Below are positions 16,701 through 22,918 of a DNA stretch of 30,360 nt, piece by piece. This DNA is from Candidatus Iainarchaeum sp. (lineage in GTDB: Archaea > Iainarchaeota > Iainarchaeia > Iainarchaeales > GCA-2688035): contig JAQTNI010000012.1 in NCBI GenBank assembly GCA_028713935.1, positions 1 through 30,360 of the forward strand. The letters are read 5' to 3'. A program made the position numbers and the translations under genes. Below the pieces are notes generated by a model. That model did no database searches, was not told the DNA's origin, and was given only the letters and a program-made list of their open reading frames with translations. Numbering within the stretch: the stretch's first letter is position 1; the number at the start of each line of letters is the position of its first letter.

Positions 16701-18286
16701 AAAACAGCAAAGCCATTTATTGTGATGCAGCGCAATTCAGCATAATGGCAAGCAAGCGCCTTAAAACACTGCAGGAATTCGTGGAAAAAAATTCTTCCAT
16801 AAGCTGCCCAACAAACAATGCCATTGAAAGCCTGAAATGGATTGTTGACAAATGGAACCCATATATCAATGAAATCGGAGGCCAGCAGATTCCAACAGAC
16901 CTGCAGGAACTGAACCCCGAATGCTGGATGCCAAAATCAACATTTATTTACGATGGCAAGCCAGCAATAAATTATTATGTTGAGGAAGCAGACAGCAAAA
17001 AAAGCGTTTCCTGGACAAGCAAAATAAAAAGTCCGGAAGGGCTTGAAAAATACATAAGAAGCAATGTCCTGCTCATAAAAGACGGTTATTCTGAAAATTT
17101 CCAGAAAGACTTTGCAAATTATTACAGCACAGCAAAATTAATGGATGCGCCCGAATGGTTTGTAAAAAATTCAAGCGGAAAATGGCTTGATTATTTCCTC
17201 AACAACGAAAAATTAAAATTCTCGCAAAAATTTTTGGATTCAACTGAAATGCCGAACGCAGGAATGTTTGAATCATTCTTCAACATTGATTTTGGGAAAA
17301 ACTGGGGATTTTTCAGCGAAGCAAAAACCCCGAAAGCAACAGTAAAAATAGAATTGAATTTCAAAAAAGAGCCTGAAGAAGGAAGCATGTTTTATTACCT
17401 GCCATTTGACGCGGAAATAGGATCGCAGGGAGGGGCAGGCAGGGAAGGTTATGGATTAAGTTATCAGAACAGCGAAAAAGAATTCCTTGTTGCAAATGCA
17501 AACAATGTGCCAATTTCAACAGTTTCAGGCAATGGCAGCGGAATTGCAGCGCTTTACACAAACACAACAGAAGACATAAGAATAACCAACAGCAGTTTTG
17601 CAAAAAGAGGCTTATTGCTCGGCATAAAAGAAACAGGAAGCCAGAATGAAAAACAACTGGATTTTTATCCCACAAACGCAACTCCGGCAATTGCAGAAAT
17701 AAGCTCTGAACAAAGCACAGTGCCTTTCAGCGCATATTACAAAGTCACTGAAGCCGGAGTTCCTGCAAAAGCAACTGAAAATTTTTCATTCTGGACAGCT
17801 GCAGGGGAATGCAAAAATTTCGATGAAAAGCCATTATTGGAAAAATTCAATTCCTTGCCTGACAGGTATGCGGAAGAGCTTGATTCCGCAGAACAAGCCT
17901 CGGATTCCTATGCTTTTGACTTTGAAAAAGCAGACAGAAGCGGCAAACTTTACCTTAAAACAATTTTTTACACTCCTGCAAGCAAGGCATATGCAGTCAC
18001 AGGAATTCTTAACCCTGACCCAATGCAAAAAGCTGCAATCACATTCAAAAGTGCAAACACTGGCTTCCAGGCAGGCATTGATCTTGATGGAACAGGGCAA
18101 AAATTCAACAACAGAAAAGCACAGGAAAATGCAGCAGGACTAGATAATCTTCTTGAACTTGTAAAAGAAAAAAGGGTTTGCATTACAAACAGCCAGGAAG
18201 AAACAAATCTCTGGTGGAACGAACTTCCCCTCCTAGAAACAGACACGGGCAATGGCTCAATAGCAGGCTTTAACGGAGAATGCTAA
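10778..18286 (+). CDS. giant (2502 aa) N-terminally membrane-anchored surface protein with CarboxypepD_reg-like beta-sandwich repeats, a Gln/Ala-rich helical module and a large uncharacterised C-terminal region
   Basis: Single uninterrupted ORF. TM anchor IVFGIALAAIAIAAVLTALFFAF (aa about 41-63). There are six tandem repeats (aa about 69-590) plus a seventh (about 930-1000), of the type IxVxVxD...PxxxAxVxL...TDxxGxxxF..ExGxY, e.g. IEVSVVDEDELPVENAKVVLKN...TDAKGIAKFSGVSEGAYYAYA. Q/A-rich segment at nt about 15148-16050. Many N-x-S/T sequons and paired Cys. Confidence 0.85.
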   Translation: MPGRMDRLLAQKPDKEFEFEPTLAKSQGEGFSWRVLKNKKIVFGIALAAIAIAAVLTALFFAFPAQEGNFEIIVKNSDGSALSGIEVKYSVDGLEATAKTNSGGKIFLHAKKDSEISVLIEQQSINGTDYSVYSSDFVVADSFSKEILLEKLGETIDERTIVFQKTDGSRITGKLITIKLSCANGFRLAQETATDSDKDGQIKIVKPEECNILSARLIAPLDYRQANFTIGSSSSIVQLESNSEASPKGEIRVKIVDSENNLVTATDFTVQLIAAEGFVRDEKKTDGRGEIVFTDVELGTYFISAFDYAGEYEIMQDSAVVISSGLEQEKTLFAAKSTKGTIDVSVIDKATKIGIPNATVQLFAASGDLLAEETTGSEGFTVKFSVKEEGTYKVSAMQENYLPNETTVETRGEATIELEELTSGNSGIIEVSVVDEDELPVENAKVVLKNPAGETMPYPAKYTDAKGIAKFSGVSEGAYYAYAEKFPTFGDNSADAMEIDIRGKNNFIVRLDIGTATIKISAFESSEIMLEESEAEIYAENGELLQRIAMPDGTAEFSTKADKKVFAIAKMPGYNSVQTIPMQLWPNETIEFNLQMRQKNSGALPEMKFEGIFNGSQKTGMLKAGKEYLALFSIEIQENNEISRGGIHFRVGEEQSLETEKIAITGALFAMPDSVYGGKSFTPNLGYDADLSDSITEAKWVNIEFVPGSEGKKYFVGFEFKVKKETQPNGLLALHYRAWFESNSGKFLRIPEDSELGDSESTASKQGLYAKTLDLEFGEGIDTDCGESVCYGNEWIFGNHEKELQRENYSLGLDRDYNLNFEIKNNSDAAIEKPEISIIGSNAEDVEFKNLIAYNKAKKTLESKKGNIENFSLDGIGQGETVNFNLLFTPKKPSLGYIETTISSNGKEIFSGTIWVDTQAGKTMALEIKPEEIPAFFEADINALVSTEDEGPVQDAEIWMTRTLADNSIAKEKANTSSRGEAKFKLAGAMPGTKIVFKALKDGYYDEPVEKIISEKVFEISEEALEAQIDTKEDTQETLSTAISNLTAAELEIFSVSISGSTKSLLDKEAMDNFFSSLKGTKIQALESKTIEMVKVQLSQGTEIEKDETLALQLLVTVIEPKTGKKFDAKIPLAVKIRPFPTAAMSCIKVDKQEWLGSTIGNHAVLELEMENTCSEEGKSEVLARLLAKTVWAENSIGIVEILEADSPDGAAEILGENNWRTVMQEIGAGRKIKVTLVFTPKPETLGKTAEFKIILDGQKETERGLKFVGSTEINAKIDIANIGQCIKTDKSLLEIKKGASSADFSIDTTGCQAAVEIGFCRNDDGCKGGAAEGTIQLSAKSIMLSPSNPKAKIIVSKGSIAGMYGVNIEAKTQNSDWEQIKTIDVLIEPNDNALFTLDKYEFSIIGNSAKDSATAFNPNLSENVEVIAPVDSWYQSVQNTESFFDPELAGTGKTHLELANAKIAADLAKQKMEEMAQKASGEADKGQQLSDAAKKALEQAKQDSDQADQKAQDVTSQAGQLASLAGLLLGQGQAVEAAVAANPFCKAELVAAKAMNKALLTAKTATMGANTGAQAASSATSQGKNNCEQGQQMGNQGLDNAVLAQKGPCETQTISSRAGEGAQQSAQAAQQMMQAAQQDQQCGQQMQNAGTQFAKVGTNLAGTGAQIGIVETQSQIIAACVTAGPALTAFKTKFYAFKATENGLTSANAAAQSQAETAKQSADQANNAAQAANNQNNIANDQLQKLSVVETNAEEAAGFGKGRTIGILGSYVGLATLVGSYKGNAYNAYLGNCPNGFKSTLPDFVTNLKEDSSDIVLDNQNIVGNWNTEEAKIFGEYESQTAGISFENQNLESEKPVYALARLLAYRHKHVEPTTIITGTYAGAGTADASAAVAGTSFGPFNVPDEEEKMLVEQKFHLKFIAGEKKASPAANSDDACLNGAMFGITGEKALPKIKLNWNWNESEGISEDNCIAENSKAIYCDAAQFSIMASKRLKTLQEFVEKNSSISCPTNNAIESLKWIVDKWNPYINEIGGQQIPTDLQELNPECWMPKSTFIYDGKPAINYYVEEADSKKSVSWTSKIKSPEGLEKYIRSNVLLIKDGYSENFQKDFANYYSTAKLMDAPEWFVKNSSGKWLDYFLNNEKLKFSQKFLDSTEMPNAGMFESFFNIDFGKNWGFFSEAKTPKATVKIELNFKKEPEEGSMFYYLPFDAEIGSQGGAGREGYGLSYQNSEKEFLVANANNVPISTVSGNGSGIAALYTNTTEDIRITNSSFAKRGLLLGIKETGSQNEKQLDFYPTNATPAIAEISSEQSTVPFSAYYKVTEAGVPAKATENFSFWTAAGECKNFDEKPLLEKFNSLPDRYAEELDSAEQASDSYAFDFEKADRSGKLYLKTIFYTPASKAYAVTGILNPDPMQKAAITFKSANTGFQAGIDLDGTGQKFNNRKAQENAAGLDNLLELVKEKRVCITNSQEETNLWWNELPLLETDTGNGSIAGFNGEC

Positions 18287-18343
18287 AAGGCATGAGGCGA
18301 ATTAATACATAACCTTTATTAAGGCGTTCAAACTAATCAAACT

Positions 18344-18577
18344 ATGAATGCAAAAACAATTTTGGGAATAATCCTTGTTATTCTGGGATTTGCAATTTAT
18401 TTTTTGGCAGGAAGCCTGCATTCTTTGCCGATAACCATTTGGGGTTGTTTCCAAATGGGTGGCTATGGTGTTAATATTGGCTGTGCCTTAGTTAACGCAA
18501 TTCCAGCAATTATAATAATAATTATTGGCGTAATCCTAATTTATTTGGGAAAAAACAAAATACAAAAAAATGAATAA
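18344..18577 (+). CDS. small membrane protein (2 TM), function unknown
   Basis: 77 aa with hydrophobic segments ILGIILVILGFAIYFLAG and AIPAIIIIIIGVILIYLG. A TATA-like TTTATTAA lies about 30 nt upstream. Confidence 0.5.
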   Translation: MNAKTILGIILVILGFAIYFLAGSLHSLPITIWGCFQMGGYGVNIGCALVNAIPAIIIIIIGVILIYLGKNKIQKNE

Positions 18578-18646
18578 GACAAATTTGCATTTGCTATATA
18601 GCCGGCTTCAAAACCTTTTTAAACATTTAATTCCAATTATTTTCCG

Positions 18647-19330
18647 ATGAAAAAGCAAAAACAAATCCTAATTCAGGACAACAAAATAGAGGAAAAAACA
18701 GGCGAAATCCAAAAAATCTGGCAAAATGCAAAAATAAAAAGCGATGCAAAAAGCCTTGCAATTTTTTTGGGATTATTCTCGCTTGCAGTCGGAGGCAGGG
18801 TTGCACTGCAATACGTTCCAAGTGTGGAACCCATAATTCCAATTGCAATTCTCGCAGGGCTCTTATTTGGCATGAAAGAAGGCGCTGGCTTAGGTGCAGG
18901 CGCATTTGTGGCAAGCAATTTTTTTATATGGGGTTTGCAGGGGCCATGGACAATTTTCCAGGCATTGGGAGCAGGAATTCCAGGCTGCCTTGCAGGGGCA
19001 TATGGAAAAATCAAAAAGCCAAAAACAAGGGACCTCGTTTTATTAAGCCTTGCGGGAACAATTATTTTTGAAATAACAATGAACATTTCAGGTGCAGCAA
19101 TGGGAATTGGAGTGCTGGGGGCATTCTCGCTTTTCACTCTGCCATTGTATTTCGTCACTTCGGCGCCATTTTCAATTGTTCATGTGCTAAGCAACCTTGT
19201 TTTTGCAAGGGCACTGGCACCATTATTAAAATTAAGGAGGCAAGACAATGAATTCCAAGTTGTTTCCATTAGCAGGCATTCTCCTGCTGGCACTTCTACT
19301 CTTAGGGTGTACAAGCACAGGGCAGACTAG
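18647..19330 (+). CDS. polytopic membrane protein, possibly an ECF-type substrate-capture (S) component-like protein
   Basis: 227 aa with about 5-6 hydrophobic helices. The GRVALQYVPSVEPIIPIAILAGLLFG pattern recalls DUF6580/S-component proteins that often neighbour DUF4430 genes (from memory, unverified). The 3' end overlaps the next gene by 83 nt. Confidence 0.45.
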   Translation: MKKQKQILIQDNKIEEKTGEIQKIWQNAKIKSDAKSLAIFLGLFSLAVGGRVALQYVPSVEPIIPIAILAGLLFGMKEGAGLGAGAFVASNFFIWGLQGPWTIFQALGAGIPGCLAGAYGKIKKPKTRDLVLLSLAGTIIFEITMNISGAAMGIGVLGAFSLFTLPLYFVTSAPFSIVHVLSNLVFARALAPLLKLRRQDNEFQVVSISRHSPAGTSTLRVYKHRAD

Positions 19331-19658
19331 CCTGATAACAGCGGAAAAACAAGTAGCAACAATAAAAGCAATTGATTCTGAAGGAAAAGAAATAGTAAAC
19401 AGGACAATTTCAATTGAAAAAGGAAAAAATGCTTTGGAAGCATTCAGGCAGGTTGCAGGCGTTGAAGCAAAAACCTATGTCGGAATGGGCTCCCTGGTCA
19501 CTTCAATAAACGGAATAACGCCCGATTCAGAACACTATTGGGGCTTGTACATAAACGGAGAATTCGCTGACAAGTCAATTGACGCATACACAATTGACAA
19601 GGACATTACAATTGAAATGAAAATGGAAAAAATTGATTTCAGCAAAATGGGCGGCTAA
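19248..19658 (+). CDS. lipoprotein with a DUF4430-like (transcobalamin-like beta-grasp) domain
   Basis: Strong SD AAGGAGG 6 nt upstream. Signal peptide plus lipobox LLLLGC. The motifs TSINGI, YWGLYINGEFA and SIDAYTI are typical of DUF4430. Confidence 0.65.
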   Translation: MNSKLFPLAGILLLALLLLGCTSTGQTSLITAEKQVATIKAIDSEGKEIVNRTISIEKGKNALEAFRQVAGVEAKTYVGMGSLVTSINGITPDSEHYWGLYINGEFADKSIDAYTIDKDITIEMKMEKIDFSKMGG

Positions 19659-19682
19659 AATTTAAATTTTAAAAAAGGAATT

Positions 19683-19707
19683 CTTTTGCTGAGCAAAAGC
19701 TTTTTTT
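19683..19707 (+). terminator. hairpin plus T7 tract after the DUF4430 gene
   Basis: CTTTTGCT-G-AGCAAAAG (19683-19699) is followed by C and TTTTTTT (19701-19707). Confidence 0.55.
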
Positions 19708-19816
19708 CCCAAGGCTTTATGATGAACAGGCTGAGGCGGACTGTGCCACAATGCGCAGGATGAAGAAGATTATGAGTTCTGAAACCTTTCTTAAAAAGAA
19801 GCCTTGGGAAAAAATT
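19702..19816. repeat. 16-nt inverted repeat pair carrying the TTTTCCCAAGG motif, flanking about 80 nt
   Basis: TTTTTTCCCAAGGCTT (about 19702-19717) and AAGCCTTGGGAAAAAA (about 19799-19814) are perfectly complementary. The same core recurs at 2790-2801 (-), 2935-2949 (+), 2973-2986 (+) and 10424-10437 (-). Confidence 0.7.
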
Positions 19817-19864
19817 TCCAATTAAACTAATTTAATAACCTTTTTACTTTAGAATTATTTCCAA

Positions 19865-20016
19865 GCCCCTGTGGTCTAGACCGGTTAAGGACTCCACCCT
19901 CTCACTGCCCTTTCTTTTCTTTAAGAAAGAAAAGAAAGTGTAAGTTGCCCAAAGAAAAGAAAAGGGAACGACGCAAGAGCGCGGTGGATACCTGGGTTCA
20001 AATCCCAGCGGGGGCA
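19865..20016 (+). tRNA. tRNA-Glu(CUC) with an intron of about 77 nt
   Basis: Acceptor GCCCCTG/CGGGGGC plus A; D-arm GTCT/GGAC; anticodon stem CCACC (19894-98) with GGTGG (19983-87) and loop CTCTCA (CTC at 19901-03). The insert at about 19905-19981 contains a 13-bp hairpin. T-arm CTGGG/TTCAAAT/CCCAG. Confidence 0.85.
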
Positions 20017-20051
20017 ATCTGTTGAATAAGTCGCTTAAATAATGTGAGAAT

Positions 20052-20543
20052 ATGAAAAAAGTTGATTTTCAAGAAATCGTGGCCAAGGCAAAAAATCTGG
20101 CAAAATACAACAAAACATGGCATTTTCATATGCTTGGAAGAGATTGCAAGTTCAACAACAACAGGGGAAAATTCAGAATAACCTTTGAGGATGAATCAAG
20201 TGGCAAAAGTTTTTACTCTGTTTTTGATAACAAACCTATTAAGGAATCAAAAAAGCTTGCTGATTTAATGTACGGACAAGGTTTTCTTAGGAAAAAAGAA
20301 AAAGGAGAACATAACCCTGAATTTGACTTAATCTTGAAAAAAGCGAAAGAACTGACTGAACAGGGAATAGAATGGCACCATCACCATCTGCACCCAAATT
20401 GTATATTCAATAAGCTCAAAGGAAAACACTGCATTGTTCTTGAGGACCCAAAAACCCCGAATTCATTAATTGCCGTATATAATCAAAAGCCAATGGAAGA
20501 TTTAGTAAAAATTGAAAAATTGTTCTACAAGGATTCCAAATAG
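20052..20543 (+). CDS. hypothetical protein built from two tandem copies of a His/Cys-containing domain of about 65 aa
   Basis: Internal duplication: AKAKNLAKYNKTWHFHMLGRDCKFNNNRGKFRITFED...VFDNKPIKESKKLADLMY aligns with KKAKELTEQGIEWHHHHLHPNCIFNKLKGKHCIVLED...VYNQKPMEDLVKIEKLFY. Confidence 0.6.
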   Translation: MKKVDFQEIVAKAKNLAKYNKTWHFHMLGRDCKFNNNRGKFRITFEDESSGKSFYSVFDNKPIKESKKLADLMYGQGFLRKKEKGEHNPEFDLILKKAKELTEQGIEWHHHHLHPNCIFNKLKGKHCIVLEDPKTPNSLIAVYNQKPMEDLVKIEKLFYKDSK

Positions 20544-20628
20544 CACGCTTTCTTATCAGCGGAAATTCACTGGAAAAATGCTTTTAAACTTCCTTATGGA
20601 TAATTTGTTTTAGAAAAGGGGTTTTGAT

Positions 20629-21477
20629 ATGGCTGCAAACCAGGATTCCGCTTTGGTTGTTTTTCAGAACAAGAAAATAAGGCGGGTATGGCATGAGAAC
20701 GAATGGTACTTTTCAGTGGTTGATGTAGTTGAGGCATTGACAGACAGCCCGACACCACGGCAGTATTGGGGCAAAGTAAAAGACAGAGAATTTTCACAGC
20801 TTGAGCTGTCCCCAATTTGGGTACAACTGAAATTGCCTTCGAGCGATGGCAAGGAATATGCTACAGATTGTGCAAACACCAAATCAATGTTTAGAATTAT
20901 TCAATCTATTCCATCGCCAAAAGCAGAGCCGTTCAAGCGCTGGCTCGCCCAAGTTGGATATGAACGCGTCCAAGAAATCGAAAATCCCGAATTGTCCCAG
21001 AAACGAATGAAAGAACTCTACAAAGCGAAAGGTTATTCGGATGAATGGATTGAAAAAAGAGTCAGAGGAATTGCGGTTAGGCAGGAATTGACTGATGAAT
21101 GGAAAAAACGCGATATTCGGGAAGAGCGGGAATTTGCGATTTTGACCAATGAAATAAGCCAGGCAACTTTCGGCAAAACAGTTGAAGAATACAAAAAATT
21201 CAAAAGATTGAACAAGGAAAATTTGCGCGACCACATGACGGATTTAGAATTAATCTTCACCATGCTCGGCGAAGCCTCCACAACCAAAATCGCGCAAAGC
21301 AAAGATGCGCAAGGATTCATTCAAAACAAAAAAGCTGCGCGATTAGGCGGACAAATTGCTGGTGGTGCAAGAAAAAAACTTGAACTGGAATCAGGAGAAA
21401 AAATCAGCACTCCAGAAAACTATCTGGGCGAACCAGAAACAAAGAAAAGAAAAAAATTAAAAGAGCCAATGAATTGA
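20629..21477 (+). CDS. Bro-N domain protein (DinD / phage antirepressor-like family)
   Basis: The N-terminus VFQNKKIRRVWHENEWYFSVVDVVEALTDS fits the Bro-N pattern (F...IR....g..WF.a.DV..aL). The downstream KAEPFKRWLAQVGYERVQEIENPE region is typical of DinD-like proteins. Lys-rich tail. Confidence 0.65.
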   Translation: MAANQDSALVVFQNKKIRRVWHENEWYFSVVDVVEALTDSPTPRQYWGKVKDREFSQLELSPIWVQLKLPSSDGKEYATDCANTKSMFRIIQSIPSPKAEPFKRWLAQVGYERVQEIENPELSQKRMKELYKAKGYSDEWIEKRVRGIAVRQELTDEWKKRDIREEREFAILTNEISQATFGKTVEEYKKFKRLNKENLRDHMTDLELIFTMLGEASTTKIAQSKDAQGFIQNKKAARLGGQIAGGARKKLELESGEKISTPENYLGEPETKKRKKLKEPMN

Positions 21478-21657
21478 TAGGGCATTTATTTTTCTATTTT
21501 TTGCCCAGCAGGGGCACTAAACCTTCTATTTCTGTAGCATAAGAGGCAAAGAAAAAAAGCCAGAACAGAAACCGCATTAATCAAACTCCAAAATGAGGCG
21601 GCAAGTAATAAATATAATAATATGTATATAATATTGTATACATATAAGTTGATTTAT

Positions 21658-22677
21658 ATGAAATTGATACGCGCTTCATTTGATGGATTAGTAGAAGTTG
21701 GCGAAAAAATGTTGCTCGCGGAGATAAAAGAGTATTCCGATGAATACATCAGAAACCACGGAATTTCTTTAACCAAAAATGAGGTTAAGTCATTCCACGA
21801 GCTAAGAGAAAGGACTTGCTTGGTGGTTTACAACACTACAAAGAAAAAATATTTTTTGTTCAGCGGCCAAGACATATCTGATTACTTGGACCGACAAAAA
21901 AGAAGCTTTGCTACAACACACAGAGCTTTGTACAGAATGTTTTCCAAGAAAGGGGAACCAAAAGTAAAAATATTCGACCCCGTTTTTGAGGAAAAAATCT
22001 TAGAGCTTAGCCGTAAGACACTGCAATTCCTTAAGCCGAAATTAGCAAACATTGAAGGAGTATTTCTCTTTGGGAGCTTTGCGAGAAATGAGCAAAAGGA
22101 AAAATCAGACATTGACTTGCTTGTGATTGCGGATAAAAAAATTGATTTGGGCAAAAAGGAAAAATTTGATTTTTTAATCAAGACAAGGGAACAATTTGAA
22201 ATAGAAATCAGGACAGACTCAACTCTTTTTCCAAGACAGGTTGTAAGCGAGGCAAAGCCAATTTTGAATGAATCCCTGTTGGATGAATTAAAAAAAGTAA
22301 AGCCAAAGCCGGATTTTAAGGAAGTTTTTGATTCTACACTCGGGGCTTTCAAAAAAACAAAAGAGTTATTGGAAATGAACCATGGCACTGGGCTTTTGGA
22401 ATCAAATGTAGCAATATACTCCCTCATTCTTAGGCTAAAAACTCTTTTCATTATCCAATGCCATAAAAAAAGCATAGCCTTTTCAAACAAAAAATTCAAG
22501 GAGCTGCTGGAAAAATATGGCTTCAGCGAACAAAAAATCAATGCCCTGCTGGAAGTCTGGCAAGCCGAAAGGGATAATAAAAAAACCAGCCAAAAAATTT
22601 TATTGGCTGATGCCCTAAAGCTTTTTGATGCAGCCAAAATAGAATTTTTAAAGACCGAAGCACTGGTGAAAAAATGA
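21658..22677 (+). CDS. nucleotidyltransferase (MNT/Pol-beta superfamily) domain fusion protein
   Basis: NTase signature GVFLFGSFARNEQKEKSDIDLLVIADKK (G-S-x9-12-D-x-D), flanked by an unknown N-terminal domain of about 130 aa and a helical C-terminal region of about 150 aa. I prefer the ATG at 21658; the track start at 21622 lies in an AT-rich promoter-like palindrome. Confidence 0.65.
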   Translation: MKLIRASFDGLVEVGEKMLLAEIKEYSDEYIRNHGISLTKNEVKSFHELRERTCLVVYNTTKKKYFLFSGQDISDYLDRQKRSFATTHRALYRMFSKKGEPKVKIFDPVFEEKILELSRKTLQFLKPKLANIEGVFLFGSFARNEQKEKSDIDLLVIADKKIDLGKKEKFDFLIKTREQFEIEIRTDSTLFPRQVVSEAKPILNESLLDELKKVKPKPDFKEVFDSTLGAFKKTKELLEMNHGTGLLESNVAIYSLILRLKTLFIIQCHKKSIAFSNKKFKELLEKYGFSEQKINALLEVWQAERDNKKTSQKILLADALKLFDAAKIEFLKTEALVKK

Positions 22678-22838
22678 GCAAGGCCAAATACAAAAAAGCA
22701 ATAAAATCACTTGACAAAAGGATAGCAGAACACAAAGAAAAACAAAAATACGCAAAAAGCCCAGAGCAATTCCATTATTGGGAAGAAGAAATCCAAAAAT
22801 TCAAGCAGGAAAAGAAGAAAAGGCAAAAAAGGCTGTAA
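22674..22838 (+). CDS. 54-aa highly basic Lys-rich helical peptide, translationally coupled to the NTase gene
   Basis: ATGA overlap of start and stop at 22674-22677. The product is MSKAKYKKAIKSLDKRIAEHKEKQKYAKSPEQFHYWEEEIQKFKQEKKKRQKRL. It is not in the supplied track because it is under 60 aa. Confidence 0.4.
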   Translation: MSKAKYKKAIKSLDKRIAEHKEKQKYAKSPEQFHYWEEEIQKFKQEKKKRQKRL

Positions 22839-22918
22839 AAAAAAGCAGCTAAAAAATTAATGGTAAATCGCATGTTTAATAAATTGTTTTGACAGGGAAT
22901 AAATTATGGGGGATGCCT

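Noticed and set aside
21882-22637. 251-aa minus-strand ORF
   Set aside because: It is antisense to the NTase gene, which carries a clear catalytic motif. The product is Ser/Phe/Leu-rich, typical of reverse-strand reading of Lys/Glu-rich genes.
19865-22838. Integrated provirus or integrative element at tRNA-Glu
   Set aside because: The window shows no integrase or recombinase, no capsid or terminase-like genes, and no duplicated tRNA-Glu 3' segment (att repeat). I kept it only as a possible remnant or accessory block.
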